Source: Takakia lepidozioides (taxonomy: Eukaryota; Plantae; Bryophyta). Taken from it: 64,000 nt of DNA. Both the position numbers and the translations under genes were made by a program. Below, piece by piece: positions 50,127 to 64,000 of this stretch; position 1 is the first letter of the stretch, and every line of letters begins with the position of its first letter. Location of the stretch: assembly GCA_030704615.1 (NCBI GenBank), contig CM060733.1, forward strand, positions 71,300,001 to 71,364,000, written 5' to 3'. Under the pieces are notes generated by a model. The model searched no databases and was not told the origin of the DNA. It worked only from the letters and a program-made list of their open reading frames with translations.

Positions 50127-53100
50127 GTTTGGAAAAGAAATCACACTTCAAGTGTATAAATGACAAGTAAGGAAATGTGTCAACCTTCCAATGTGCGCGG
50201 AGCCTGTGATGCTCTAACGACTCGTGAATGGTACTCTATGCGGTCCTCATGCGGTACTCGTCACTAGGCCCAACCGGCCTTTCCTACTCGTCTCCAAGTC
50301 TCTCTCCACACATGGAATTGCACAACCTTCTTGCTCAAATTCAACAAGGCCTCAAGGCCACAATGAACTAGGCTTCTTGCCTTAGTCCTCTACAAATTTC
50401 CTATACTAGGGAGCTTCAAGCTCCATTCCCTAGGACCTAGGCCTCCTCAAGCAATTCTAACAAAACAACTACACATGAAGCAAGAGGAAAACTATGCAAT
50501 GGAACTAGGTGAAGAGCAAGGGAAGCCTTGCTCCTCTTTATACTGTTTTTGAGACTAATAAACTAATGAAAATTATTCATTAAACTATTGTATCCTTGGA
50601 GGATTTATAGTAAAATATTCAACATGGATGAAAAGTCTTAGAGGCCAATGAAAGCTGGATTTTCATCCATCCATATGGATGACCAGTTGGCGCGAGTTGT
50701 CATTTCATCCATCCAGCTCCTCCAGGCGAATTTTAGGATTTTTCCATCCATCCATGAAGTAAAAACTCAATTAATCGGCTACCGTGAGTGCCGTCGACTC
50801 AATAATTTGGCGCCGCTGTTAATCGGCTCCATAAATCACCAAACTTGGTGAAAAATCACAATTATATACCCCGCATCAGCCTGTAAATTCTCAGGCCCAT
50901 CGATGGTAAAAAATCATGCCTTTCGCATTCCTTCGTATTTTTGCTACATAAAGTTTTTTGTCGTAGTTTGGAAATCAAATCCCTGGTGGTGGCTCTGGGG
51001 TTCTTTGACCCTGCCACTGAGTCATAGGTTGTAGAGTCCCCTCTAAGTGTCCCGCACTGCTAACAAGTCCACGCTTCGCCACTGAAGTCGTCCTGACTTG
51101 CTGTCGTTTCGGTGCAGCCGTTTGCTTTGTTGCGATATTTCATCGCTGTACACGTTGTTTCTTCCAATTGCCAAGCTCCTCGTTGTGTGTTCCTACTAGA
51201 CTTGAAAGGCGGGAGAAAAAAGAGATCGCAATCAGGGATTGGAACAGTCGTCCTGTATTGTTCAAATATGATTACTTTGCCGTTACTGGTACCGAATTGG
51301 CAGCCTAACCTGCTGTCGATGCAGCTTCCTATGGTCATCTTGACACCGGAGTTCCACTCCATGGTCGTCGCAGACACTGTCTAATTTCCTACGTGCTTTA
51401 CCAACGATTTCCAGACAACTAACAAACTACCCTGTTTTTGGCAATACAATGCCGAAACCGCTTGTCTTATGATAAAAAACGATCTGAAAAAAAAAGTGAA
51501 CCAATATATGCATCTATATATATGTCGACCAATGGGGAACACTCGTCCCGAGTGTAAGAGAATCCAAGATCTTTGGTTCGTAAAATCCTCCTACTAGGGG
51601 TATCCGTGACATCCCTTGGAGTCAACGACTCCCTTGAGTAACATGAAAAAGATGAAGAATAATTCCCCTTAAGCTCTTCCTCCTCGGAGAGAGTTCGAGT
51701 CTTCCGGGAGAAAAAAATAAAAAGCAAAAGCCAAAAAATGTTTCAAAACCACCCAGCTCGCCCTCTTCGGAGAGAGTTGGAGTTTCTAGATAAAAAATAC
51801 TTCAAAACCGCCATTCTCCCCCACCGGACTGGGTTCGACTCCCCTAGATGATGTAAGAGAGATATGCGCGGTGCAAATTGATGAGGTAAGTGGGCTGAGA
51901 GGTAATCCGCTATTTTCTCCCTGAGGGTGGGAAATGGGCTGTCGTCCATAGGAGTTTTGCTGACAAACTTCTTTACATCTCGGGTTGTTATCCACAGGGA
52001 TTCCACCCCTTCCCTGTCCGGGGATGTAATTAGAAGGCGGGGGCTCATATTTGTTGCATCGGAGGAGTTTGCTTTGGATCGTGACCCAATGTTTCCTTGA
52101 CATGAATATCCCGCTAGGAAATGTTCTCTTTGCCCCGATTTCTGTATACTCCACGCCCGCGAACAGACCTGGTCGGGTCTCATCAAGGTCGAGCTCTTGC
52201 AGCCAGAGATAGACGGACTGGCCCTGCTCCGCGGAGACAGGGTGTTTGTTCTAAAAATGGAGCCAGGGGATGGATGGTTGCTTTTATGTGCGTAGGGTTC
52301 AAGAGGAATCGGGCACTAGGTCTGCCTCGCTGTCCAAGGAGCCCGGACCAATTGAGCCGGTCAAAGGGTGGGTCCTGCAAGCAAAGCGTGGGGTTGGCAA
52401 GCAATGTGCACAAAGGTGACCTTCACAGCAGGTAGAAGAGACATGGTAACCTAATACAGCAGGTCAAAAGCGATTACCGATATCGGCAATGAACTCTGGC
52501 GCCAAATTCCCAGGTATTGCGCTCACCAATGTTGGTCACCGATATCTGGGCGTCGGCAAAATTTAATGCATAGAAGCGGGGTGTCATTTTTGTCATCTAG
52601 TGCCAACTTGGCCGATGGCCGAGACATGGAAGTTGGCCCTAAGATGTATCTGGCATCTCCTTCTGAAGCTTCTCCTAAGATCTTGGAGGGTGAAATTAAG
52701 ACTGGACTTTCCCTCATGGGAAGTACAGTAGTGATCTGAGTTTTGGGAAAAAAGCTGAGGTGAAGAGTGTAAACCTGTAAGTGGTGTCAAGTGAGGTACT
52801 CTCCAAATATGTTCTACACGTGAGTCTTGAGAGGAAACTCAGTTGGGAAAGTCAAATGATGCTGATGTACTCTCAATCTACTAGGTCGAAAAGAAGGGAT
52901 GGAATTGGAAGAATGTGTGACATCCTGAGCATATTGCACCTCTGCATTTTGTCTAGGCTTGTGAAGGAACAGACATCATATTTAATGTGTCCTCGTCATA
53001 TCCGTAACCGAAGGACCGTCCCTGCCAGTTCTAGGTCCCTACATTCTCTTCACCCCCCCTATCAATATTGGGAGATAATCACAAGTGCATCAGACAAGTT

Positions 53101-53660
53101 TTTGAGATTAGAAATTGTCTTCATATTCAACATGACCAGGAGGGATCAACTTCGTAAAGGTGCGGATACATGCTAAAAAACTGAGTTAGATCCATGAGCA
53201 TGCCCTGTCTACACGCATTCCTTTGACCGGGACTCCAGATTTTGAATGGACAAGATGAGAGAATCACTTTGTTTCGCTCCTGCTTTCTACATTGCTTCCT
53301 CACTTGTTGAAGTGTGTGCGATGTGTGACAAACGTTGTCATGCCAGTTACTGCTGTTGAACTTTATTGAAATAATGGAACACTACAGTAGCATTGAACTG
53401 CTGGGAAGAACAAAGGTTTCAGGATCAGAGTATGAAGTAACCTGAGTTCCCACAATTGTTGAAGCACTGCCAGGAGATCTGGTTGTGCCAGATAATGACC
53501 GCAAATGACCATTTCGAAGTGTAACTTAGTGTCACAATATGAACAAAAGAATTGGAAAGACTCGGGATTTTTGTACACGATTCCCGTCTATAACTGCAAT
53601 TTCTCTCTAAAGCTACCATACAGACAAGCAAGAATACACAACGCCAAAAACAGGAAGCCT

Positions 53661-56600
53661 TCAACACGATCGTAGGCTACGCCGCCGGTCTGGCTGAGGG
53701 GACAGCCCTCTCTTTGGTGTGTAGTCCTCATCAAACCTCTCCACAGCTGACTCCGCCTCAGCCAACTCAGCATCCCGCACTTCAAGCTCGTCATCACAAA
53801 TTTCTAGTAATCTGTCTGCCAGAGGCGGAATCCCAGGGTTCCGTGCATCATTATATATGTGTGCATTGTCTGATATTTGCTGAACGTCCCTCCGAAACTC
53901 GGCCCGGCTACTGTATCGTAGCTTACGGACCTTTTCACGGATGGTGGCTAGGTCCATGGGCCGCTTTACGAACTGAAGATAGTCGGGGGCATCCTTTTTA
54001 GGAACCGGCTTCTGAAATAAATACGATACATCTGACCTCTTCAAAATATCTACAACAGTCCCTAATATGTTGGACAGCTCCACCTACATCACCACACCCC
54101 ACATACTCTCAGGAGAGATCCACAGGAGGCCCAGATGGTTTATGGGATACTACAGAACTATAAGAGAGACTTTTGAGGTCTTCAAAGCCTTTGGTGGCTT
54201 CTTGCCCACTGGTTTTTCTCCACTTTTGGTGTGGTGTTATGCCAATGTGTTCCTAATAAAGTTTAATATGCGGACTTGGTCCAACTCTCTTCCAAAAACA
54301 ACAGGGACGGAGAGACAGATCACACTGGCTAAGCATGATCAAAGATCAATTTAACACTCTGATGCAGAACAAGAGTAAAAGAATACAAGAGTACATAACA
54401 TATACGTGTCTAATAAACAACACTGCAAACAGACATACCATTGGTAGAGCGGTAATAGCTCACCTCCCCACCCCGTTTGCGTTGTCGCTTAGAGGGGTTG
54501 CTGAGGTCAGCAACCTGATAGGCCCCAGCCCCGAGCTCATTGCCAGGACGCCTCTTTACTCCCTTTCCCTTTTCCTTTTCCGGTACCTTCTCATTCTCCC
54601 TCGCTCTCTTCAACTTGACCTTGTCGACTTTTTTCTCTCGCAACCGTTCTCGCTGCCACTCCTCCCTTGCCCTCTCCTCTCTCTCCTTTTCCATCTGCAG
54701 CGCTCTTGCCTCTGCCTCTGCTGCATCCTCCTCCAACTGTTCTCTCTCTTTCCGCTGCCTCTCTTTTTCCTTCATACGCATTCGTAGTCTATCTTTCTCC
54801 ATCTTCAACTTTGCCTCCTGCTCCTTTCTTTCTCTCTCTTCTCTCTCACTCTTCACCATCTCTTCTCTGGCCCTTTCCTTTGCTTCCAACTCTTGTTCCT
54901 CTCTCAATCTCTCCTCTTCTAGAGCTGCCTGATATTCCCTTTCCAACTGCAGCTCTCTCGCCCTTTCCGACGCGAGCTTTCGCACCCTCTCCTCCTTCTC
55001 CTTGTCACTACATCTGTCAATATCTTTCTTTTTCTTCTTCCTTTTCAAGATCTTTACCTTGTTGACTTTTTTAGCCCTGCTATCACCAATATCATTGGCA
55101 TCGAATGGGCCACCTCCGTCACTCCCTGTGTCTCCCCTCTCATCACTCACCTTCTTTGAAATGAGAGGGGCTGGATTCTCTTCCATTTTGCTAGGGGTGC
55201 TTCCTACACTAGGTTCTGACCCTAGCTTGATCTTTAAAGAAGGGAGCTTTGCCAGCGGCACTGTCAGCTTCTCTTTCTTCATCACAGTTACTTTTGGAAC
55301 AGCGGAAGAGGATGTGGGCTTGCTTAGGTGAAGCTCATCCATTTTCTTCTTCTTGATGGTGATTTTGGTGCCTTGTCGTTCCAGAAGGCCTTCAGCAGCC
55401 GCACCTATATCTTGCCATGCTACTGCATCCCCGTCTTCCATATATAAGGGGCACTTCTTGTTTGTTCGCATGTGGCCCAGCTGCCAATTTCCAACCCCTA
55501 TCAGGCTGGCTTCTAAGTGAGCAATGGTGCACACACACACACACCTCCATGTCTGTCTTGTTTGATTAGGCTCTATAATCTATGCACGTGATGAGGTGCG
55601 GTTGAATCCAGCCCATTGGACTTGATGGTGAGAAACTTGCAAAGGCTACCGAGCTGCTGGCACATGCGTAGCTACTCAATAATTGAAAGAAAAAAGAAAG
55701 GGGTCATTCATTTGAACCACAAGCGTATTCGCTTGCATGCTAGATTTTTAAAGACGGACAACTTAAACATATGGTTCAGTTGGCCATTCTCCTCTCTATC
55801 GAATCAATACATTCTGGACTCAAAATCCAGCTACCTCTACTCCAGGGTTTATGGACTCCAGCTCTCAGGTTGATAAAATGTACACGTGAGACATTGTTTG
55901 CCGCAGCCTTGTGGCCATAGAACCTGCAGCCAGTTTGGGCGGAACATGCAGGTCGATAGAATGTACTCATAAGACGCTGTTTGCCGTAGCCTTGTGGCCA
56001 TAGACCCAGAGTGGATGGTTTACTTACGATGGGGAGTAATACGGGGGAAATCGCCGAACTAATGTCCGACTCTTGACAAATGAAGGAGTGCTCCACTCAA
56101 TAACCAGCTTAGTATTGTAGACCATGGCATGGTCTTATGTAGTTTCGAGCTGGTAAGTTGCTGGAAAACTTTATGAGGATGTATCATTCCCAATATTAGG
56201 TGGGCTCACCAAATAATCCTAAATTCACGGTACTAATAACAGACTCTACTGTCTTATCAGCAGGGGGACCTCCCGGGACCCTTTCGGCCCCATATGCGGA
56301 AGGTTCTTCCACATGGACCCTTTGATTTTGGTTGGTCCTTTAGACGATGTTCTTACTTGTTGATTGATTGATTGGCTGATTGATCCTTCCAGTGATGATG
56401 CATTCACTTTGATTGAACGACCCCAGAGTTCAATATGTTACTTGCTAGGGTTCAAACCCAGACCTTGGTCAGATTCTCCTCATACTCACCATGAAAGAAA
56501 ACAACAGTAACAACACCCACCTGACCGCAAGCCCCACACACCAATGTCAAGGCATCTCTGCCAAACTTCCCGCTACCTGTGCCTCCCTTGCCCTTGACTG

Positions 56601-59600
56601 GAACCTGTGCTTGCCAAACCATGCCAAAGCCCCCATCAAGTAAATCACGTGGCCAACGGGTGAAGGGTACTTTGGCCACACAGAGGTGGCAAAGCCACAT
56701 CAACCAGTGTGGGATGTTATGCTACACGCTTCACCTCCCACAAGTGGGAGTCGCCTTGCCTATTCGAGTACTGGATGATTTAATGTGGCAAAGGTGAGAC
56801 TCAACAAGCATCAGGTCACTTTGTTAGGCGATTGTAGAAAGGGCCCGCGTCCTAACAAAGCCTGAAAGGCTCCAGAAGCCACCGTGAGTTATGCTAGCTC
56901 TCACTAGCATCATCTCTACATATACCTCATTAGAGAGCCACACCCAGTTGCATGACACGCTCGAAGAGAAAAAAACCTGACCTCAAAGAAAAAGAAAGGT
57001 GAAAACTGAGAGCCAGGGAGGGAAGAGGAACATGAATAAACCAGTGATGGGAAAAGTGGGGGGTGAGTACCTTAGCCTTGATAAGGTCTTTAATAGGTGT
57101 TCCCTTCTTGGTTTTCTTTCCCATCAGAGGAGGTTTTCCGCTTCCCTTCTTGAGCGCCCCATCTTTGTCTGCTCCCCCTTTCTGCCCTCCACCTTTTACT
57201 GCATTCTTCTTTGCAAGATAGCTTGCAACCTGCACATTCCACCAAATATATAGGTCTAAGATATACAAAAGACTTGTAAACATAGCAAGCAACACGACAA
57301 ACCCACTAGTCCTCCTGCTGGGATCTGCCTCATGTGACGAGTTCCATCAATGGCCAGACAATGATCACAGGACACTGTCCTCTTCAAATTTACACCATCC
57401 TACAAGCATTATCATAGACTAGAGTATTGCACATTTGCCAGATTTGGCAATAGGACAGCCTTTGTCTCGATAAGACTTACAATTAATCCGGGTTTTCCAG
57501 ATATCCTCTAGAAATCCCTTCACACAAGCATCAATCTGCTGTGTGTGATTTGCCCAACAACTAGGCCTCAGGAGGCCTGGGCTTTTGGCTCAGCCTCGAG
57601 ACTTTCAAAGTTGGTAAACAATATAGATTTGAAGAGAGTGTCTCTTTGGTGAGAGAACCCCAGACAGCGTATCAGAAAATGAATACTGTCTTCAGGTTGC
57701 CCACACAACGGGCAATTGCACTCTCCCTTTCCTCTCTGCTTCTGTTTGCTGTTCAAAGGTAGGCTTCCTGCCCTGAGTTTAAATTTCAGTCTAGTGCCGA
57801 GAGTGGGTAGACCCTTGAGGTCATCCAAGATGTCCTCCCCCATGTCACTGACTGGAAACAAGTTCAGGGAAGTTTGACAGGGCGGTCCTGTTTCCAAGAT
57901 ATAGAGTCGATTAACTTAGGATATCTGGTGTTGGACATATGTTGCAGCTGACCCCACCATCTGACCTTGAATTCACCTCGTCGGGAGCTTAAGGACGGAA
58001 TGCACTCACCCCGAACAGCCACATTGGCTGTTTTGGAGCATGCTGACATACACTCCTTAAGCACCCCCACTCGAATGGATTCTAGAGACTTAGCCTGGTT
58101 GGAGTTATCAACCCATATTGCAGATCCGTACTCCAAGGCAGGTCTAATAACGTGACAAAGCATGGTTTTCTTAACCTCAGAGTTGACCCCTCTGCAGTGG
58201 AAAAATTTAGTGAGCCCCAGAGCTTTGCCCTTGCCAGTTTGAACAACTTTCCGGATATGTGCATCCCAATTACAATTGGAAGAAAACTCAACGCCCAGGT
58301 AAGTGTAGGAAGGGGGGACCGGGATCTCTTGGCTACCCCACTGCCACTTAAGATCACTTCCTCCCTCTCCTCTGTCGTTGAATGCTACCACTGCACATTT
58401 GCTGACATTAGCCTCTAGCCCCCAAAGATCAAAGTATCTCTTCGCGCAATCAATCAACTCCTGGAGATTGGTTGGAGTCTCCCCTATGCCTGCGAAGTCA
58501 TCCGCAAACACAAGGGCTGGTATGGTGGTATCACCCACCCTTAACCCAAATCCCTCACTTTCCACATCCTCGAGGAGTTGATTGATGAAAACATTGAAGA
58601 GCAGAGGGGAGAGAGTACATCCTTGAGCTACACCTTGGTCTATGTCAAAGAAGTTGGACTTCTGTCCGTTAACAGTGACACAGCTTTTGATGTGAGCATA
58701 CAAGTTGTGGACAACTCTCCACATCTTTCCCTTGATCCCACAAGACCAGAGGCGGAACCATAGGCCATCTCTCCACACTGTGTCATAAGCCTTTTTGACA
58801 TCCAGGAAAAAAACATAAGTGGGTTTCCCTTCTTTTTTCCTTCCCTGGATAATCTGGCTTAGAGTGAAGATATGATCCACACAGCCCCTGTTTCGCCGAA
58901 AGCCAGCTTGGCCTTCGTGGAAACAACCTCTAGACTCCAGATCAACCTCGAGACGAGTACTTATAACTCTGCAGAATGTCTTGCCAACAGCATTGAGGAG
59001 CGTGATGCCACAGTAGTTCCCCGGTTCTTCTCTGTAACCCTTCTTGTATAGATTGACAATGACCCCCTGTCGCCAGCGAAAGGGGATCATTTCAGATAAG
59101 GTTAAAGAGGAGAACTAGGGCCTCTATCATGGGATCGCCACCGTGCTTGATAAGCTCGTTGACAATACCATCAGGTCCACCAGCTTTATATCCATTTAAA
59201 TGTTCAATTGCTTCCACAATCTCAGAAGAACTACTGGGAGCGTTATAAGCCATTGAAATATACTCCAGTTCATCAGGGCTGTTTTGAATCATAGGAACAG
59301 TTTTTCCAACTGTGTCCCTCCATTCAGCAGAAGACCACTCACTGTTAAACCTAGAAGTTCTGCCAAGGATACTGTAGTGAGTTTCAAAGGTTTTGACAAT
59401 GTCAACCGATGAAGTCACCACTGCACCTTTAGTAGTCTTCAGCGCTTGTACTTGCTGACCGTTTTTCGGCTTGTACAAACGTTGAAGGGCCAACCAGAAT
59501 TTCTTGTCATTACCACCATGGTGGTTTGAGTTTATTTCACTGTATAACTTCTCCCAGTATAATTTCTTCTGAGACCTAACAAGCTGATTGATATCTTTAC

Positions 59601-62600
59601 GGAGCTGGTAGTACCTCGCCCACAATTCTCTGTTGGTTTTCAAATTGCAGCACTCTTTATAGAGGGCTCGTCTCTCAGCTATCTTGAGTTTAATCTCATT
59701 GGTCCACCAATTAACAGCTCTACCGCAGACAATTAGTTTCCTCCCAATGATCTTGTCAGCCACAGAGGAAACGAAACTCTCCCAAGAGTCCACTGCTCTT
59801 TCGACTTCATTTCTTGCGTTGTCAGAGCGAGACTGAAGTTCTTGGAGCGATTGGACAAAATGAGGGAGAGCCTCTTGCAAGGCCTGGACATACTCAGCCT
59901 TGACCTCCTCATTATGGAATTTTTCTATGCGCCACTTCCGAATCGAACGTTTCACAGATCTCTTGGTGTTGGGAAAACACCTTTTGATCTCAGTCCAAAC
60001 CAGGAAGTGGTCAGAGGACGTTCCCCAGTTTGGGATTTCTCACGAGTCCACTGCACTTGGTCACCTCTTGTCCTGTTATTCAAGGTCAAAAGCTGAAGCT
60101 CTTCCAGACAGTTAATTAACCATCTGCCATTAGAATTCAGCTCGTCCTCACCAAAAGGCCCAATGATATCGTCCTGATGGAGACCTTTGCCCACCCGGGC
60201 ATTGAAGTCACCCAATAGAACCACCTGACCTTTGGCAAGGAACAAAGCACAGTCCAGCTTTACATCTTCGAAGGCTTTGTCTGCGTCAACACTAAGGGTC
60301 CCCTCTGTGGGCATGTATACACAACCCACAAAGAGGTCCTTCGTATTCACGCCCTCCAGATTCAGTTTTAGCCAGATACTATGCTCATACCTCAAACCCT
60401 TGTTGATAATTTCACAAAATACAATATACAGCTAGATTGGAATGTCCCAGTCTGGCTTCCTTTGATACCCTGGTGGACTGAAGACGCATGATCAGCTCCC
60501 TCAACGGTGAGTTGGAGGTTATATCCACATGGAATAGCCCATGAGTACAACTCAGTTTCAAATGTTCACATAGCCAAATTGGTCTTTCTCTTTCCATCAT
60601 TAGGACCCACTTCCCTTTTCTTGCGTGCATCATGGATATCTTGTGTTGTGCACATCATTACATCATAGTGGCACATACATATACACTATACAATGTAAGG
60701 GCCTGAGCGGTGACAGGTGAGAGATTGGCAAAAATTGGAAACGGACCTCACCTGCTATCTGGCGCTACTAGACCATACAATGAATAACCACCATTGAGGA
60801 GTTGTTCTAAATTGCCCACATGCTCATCTGGGCTGCTTACCTGCTATGACCTAAGGGAGCCTGCTGATAGACAGCCATATAGCTTTATGAAAAAGTTGCA
60901 AAGTTTATAAGCTCACCTCTTTAGGGTCAGTTATAATGATCTCTTTTGACGTGTAGCTCCCATCTGGTTTGCGCGTCCGGATGATACGCTTTAGGATTCG
61001 TCTCTTCTTCTTGCCTCCTTGTGCCTGCCCATCTGAACACCACAAATTTGCTTCAAACTGGGTAAGTTTGTAAAGTAACACATAAACTAGAACAAGGATC
61101 CTTCAATCAGGCAGACAAAGCTTGACCTTGACTGCATCAGAAATGATGGGTTTCGCTGAGGCACTTGTAAAGTGAATCTGGTAGTTACAGAATGATCAGG
61201 TCTAGAGATGTCCTGATCCTAAACAGCAGGCCAGTAGCAAGGTAAAACAAAAATTGAGCCCCATTGAGTGTATAGGTATATGTTGGTGGCAAACAACACT
61301 CACCAGCACCAGTGGACAGTTCTTTAGATTGAGGGTCTTTTTTGTCTTTGCTGGCTGTGCCACTTTTCTTCTTCTTCTGTTCCTCCTCAGCTTCATCATC
61401 TGCCATTAATCATTCATTTGTCATTTTAATAGCATGTATCCCTGTAACTCGTCAAATATAGGAATGAATATGGAGTGTGCTGACCGACCAACATAGGCGG
61501 CTTTACTGCTACCAACCTTCCATAAGCATTCTACGGAGCTCAGCTGCTTCTGCTTCCTCATCCTCAATCTCCTCCTCTCGTTGTGCCTGCAAAAGGCGAC
61601 GGCGTGCCCCCAACCCCCGCATGCCTTCCCTCTTTCCTTTCCTCCCCCCCACCTCGTCTCCCTCCTCTGCTTCCAGCAAGTTTTCCAGGTCCCCGGCAAA
61701 GGAATCGAGATCTCCATTAGCCTCCCCATCACTGTCAGTATCATCTCCCTCTGCCACTGAGAGGCTCTGTGCCTGCTTATCCCAAATATCTTGACACTTC
61801 TCACGGGTCTGTTGCTGGAGTTGTAAAAAAGACATTCGCTGCCCACGAGCAAACTTGTTTAACGCTGCTGCCCCAACTTTGACCCCTGAGGCAGCTTGTT
61901 CACTCGACAGCTTCCGCACCATTGCAATTCGATGCCACCGGGTCAGCTTCTCTATAACCTCTTCTGCAACTTTAAATTTCAGCAACACCTGCAGAACCCC
62001 TCCTTCCACTGAAACACTCTTCATTTCCTCAGCCAACTTTAGTCATTTTTCCACATCATCTCCCACTCAGCCAACCACCCATAGATTGACCCTTCATTGA
62101 CCATCTCTATTCTCACCTTCAGCCCATTCAAACTTCAGTCCCAACTGCATGACAACTCTTGGCGAGTTGTAACGACATTCTATTCAACTCAGAGTAAGTT
62201 ATCCACATCGTAGGTTTGCAGACGACACGGACTGATTCCAAACTCGGCGTATAAACAATCCATGACTATACTCCAAGTCAAGCTGGGAATGTTAGACTAG
62301 ATGGCCAAATGAGGGAATCAGGTGGTTTAAAGTACCGCCTTCTACAAATCCCACATTCAAGCAGACTAACAGTCCGCAAGAAACAGCACATACAACTCAT
62401 CTTGATTAAAGGTTCCTAAATCTCCCAACTAGATCTGTGATGTCTCACTTTTGTCATGTGCAAGCCCTCAGGAAATTACTTTTGAGCTCAGACGTGTAAC
62501 ATCATCCACTTCGACCCTCTTAATTTCACTTTGTTCACAGAACTCAAAAGTCGTCTTCCTCACTTCACAGCCACTATTTTCGGATTCACTGGCTGTCTTC

Positions 62601-63952
62601 CACAACAGCATGCTTCACTGGGTGGATGCCTTTGTAATGTTCACAGTCAGGGGAGACCCACTATGGAAAGGTGAAGGAATACCTGAGATGCTAGAAACAT
62701 TTCTGGCACTTCTCAATGCACAATGGACTACAAAGCTTGCTACCAAAAATAATAAGACCGATTTAGTTCTTTGGGGGAAGTCACATCTCAGAAGAGAAAG
62801 ACAGGAAGAGGCAGAGAACCTCGCGAGCAGCATCCATACTCAGACGGCGAAGATCAGCATCTGTTCCCGTAACAGCTCCCCCCCCTCGTGCAGCAGCAGC
62901 TTTTTTCTCCACCAGCGCACCAGAATTTGGCGGCTTCGTCGCCACCCGCAGATAGCTGAAACCCAGCCCTCGGCCTGATGGGTCACCTGGCCCCACGATC
63001 TCTAGGCGTTCCAGACTCCCACGACCCTGAAGGATGTACAATCATGAGTGTTGGCTATTCAACCTTGCAGTTCATTTCTCCCCTCCTTTTTTTTCACAGG
63101 TGATGTCCTCAACATCCTAGAATATAATTGTGTAAAATCATGTATGCAATGGTACACCCAAAATTCTCAGATACTTGATACCTTTTCAACTGTCTAGGCT
63201 GTCAGTCAATGCTTTGGGGCAAATAGCAAAAGGGCCATACTTTGGGCTGGTGGGTGTGAACACAGCACAGCACATGAACTTACACGTGCTCCCCTGTTAT
63301 TGTAGACACATTTTGAGCTCCAGTTTGTACACTGTAGACTCCAGGAAAATTAAATGTAATGACATGTTCATTCAGCCCAATCCCCGGTTTCTAGGTATAT
63401 CAACTATAACAGTGCTCCATAATCAAGGAAAAGACAACCTACAACTAAAGTAGATCACAACCTCAGAGCAACAGCGAGACAGCATGCCAGCACATATCGC
63501 ACAAGGTGAGCCTGAAATCCCTATGATTCAGAAAAAAGACACGGGATGATCAGTATTGTATACCTGCATGGTAGCAGCAACAAAGTTGGAACTCAGATTC
63601 CAGGGCGTGATTTGAAGTTCCCGCTCAACGTGGGAAGCAGCTGCCAAGGTGATAGCCTCATCTGGGAGCTGATTCATGGCTGCGCTCAACCCGGTGGGTT
63701 GAGTCAGCTTGTGTACGCCCATCCGCTTCAGGTGATGCAGCCCTGCTTGCATGCTTTCATATGTGCACACCTGCCAACAAAATCACTATGATGAGGCAAA
63801 TAGGAGGTGCAAAGAAGGGTCTCAGTATGATTACAAAAGGTGCCCAATTAGGGACACACATTTTCAGGGGTCACCATGCGCCGCAATTCTTCTTCCGAGG
63901 GTATGCGGAAGTTGCGCCGCATCACCCAACACATCTCCCCGCCTGGTATTCT
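53661..63952 (-). CDS. TAF1: Transcription initiation factor TFIID subunit 1 (TAF1/HAF), last 10 coding exons; 5' part beyond the window
   Basis: Phase-consistent GT-AG exons 63860-63952, 63564-63770, 62820-63026, 61517-61988, 61304-61399, 60917-61032, 57071-57229, 56521-56604, 54464-55480, 53661-54083. Motifs VTPEN-VCTYESMQAG, ELQITPWN, GPGDPSGRGLGFSY, VTGTDADLRRL, Zn knuckle CGACGQ-LGHMRTNKKCP, single C-terminal bromodomain (plant-type). Confidence 0.96.
57450..60410 (-). mobile_element. 5'-truncated non-LTR retrotransposon (LINE): partial APE endonuclease, RT, C-terminal Zn knuckle; inside TAF1 intron 57230-60916
   Basis: GCVYMP, LLGDFNARVG (59952-60395); FLDVKKAYD, QGCTLSP, FADDF (57864-59090); CPLCGQPEDSIHFLIRC (57568-57897). 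Exact ends and TSD not identified. Confidence 0.92.
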
Positions 63953-64000
63953 CTGCTTGTCCAAAACACCAGCAATCAGTGAAACCAAAGCATGATAAAG

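Noticed and set aside
54335-55331. Plus-strand Ser/Leu/Phe-rich ORFs
   Set aside because: Antisense shadows of the Glu/Lys/Arg-rich TAF1 exon; the same applies to shadows opposite gag and pol.

Overview
Eukaryotic, land-plant-type DNA, probably from an early-diverging lineage; the species cannot be read from the sequence. About 1-50 kb is a pile of nested transposons, and 53.6-64 kb is the 3' part of a spliced TAF1 (HAF) gene on the minus strand with a LINE in one intron. The pile holds five copies or fragments of one non-chromovirus Ty3/gypsy family ('A': ~1-kb LTR, tRNA-Arg-like PBS, extra ORF before gag, extra ORF after pol). One copy is complete, with both LTRs and a 5-bp TSD (11340-21444). 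There are also pieces of a second LTR family ('B') and an integrase with a C-terminal PHD finger. The main finding is a 13.2-kb Mutator-like DNA transposon (23242-36445; 9-bp TSD ACTGATTGT; short TIRs). It carries a GCM-like-Zn/DDE/SWIM transposase on the minus strand. Divergently on the plus strand it carries an intron-containing gene whose product has a ParB/sulfiredoxin-like DGNHR motif and the motif order of a beta-class (N6-adenine/N4-cytosine) DNA methyltransferase. Its non-coding parts are filled with arrays of a GGCGCC-centred palindrome (up to 30 bp perfect), and a deleted derivative (37801-40893) keeps the arrays while losing the genes. All family assignments come from motifs read by eye; no database search was run.
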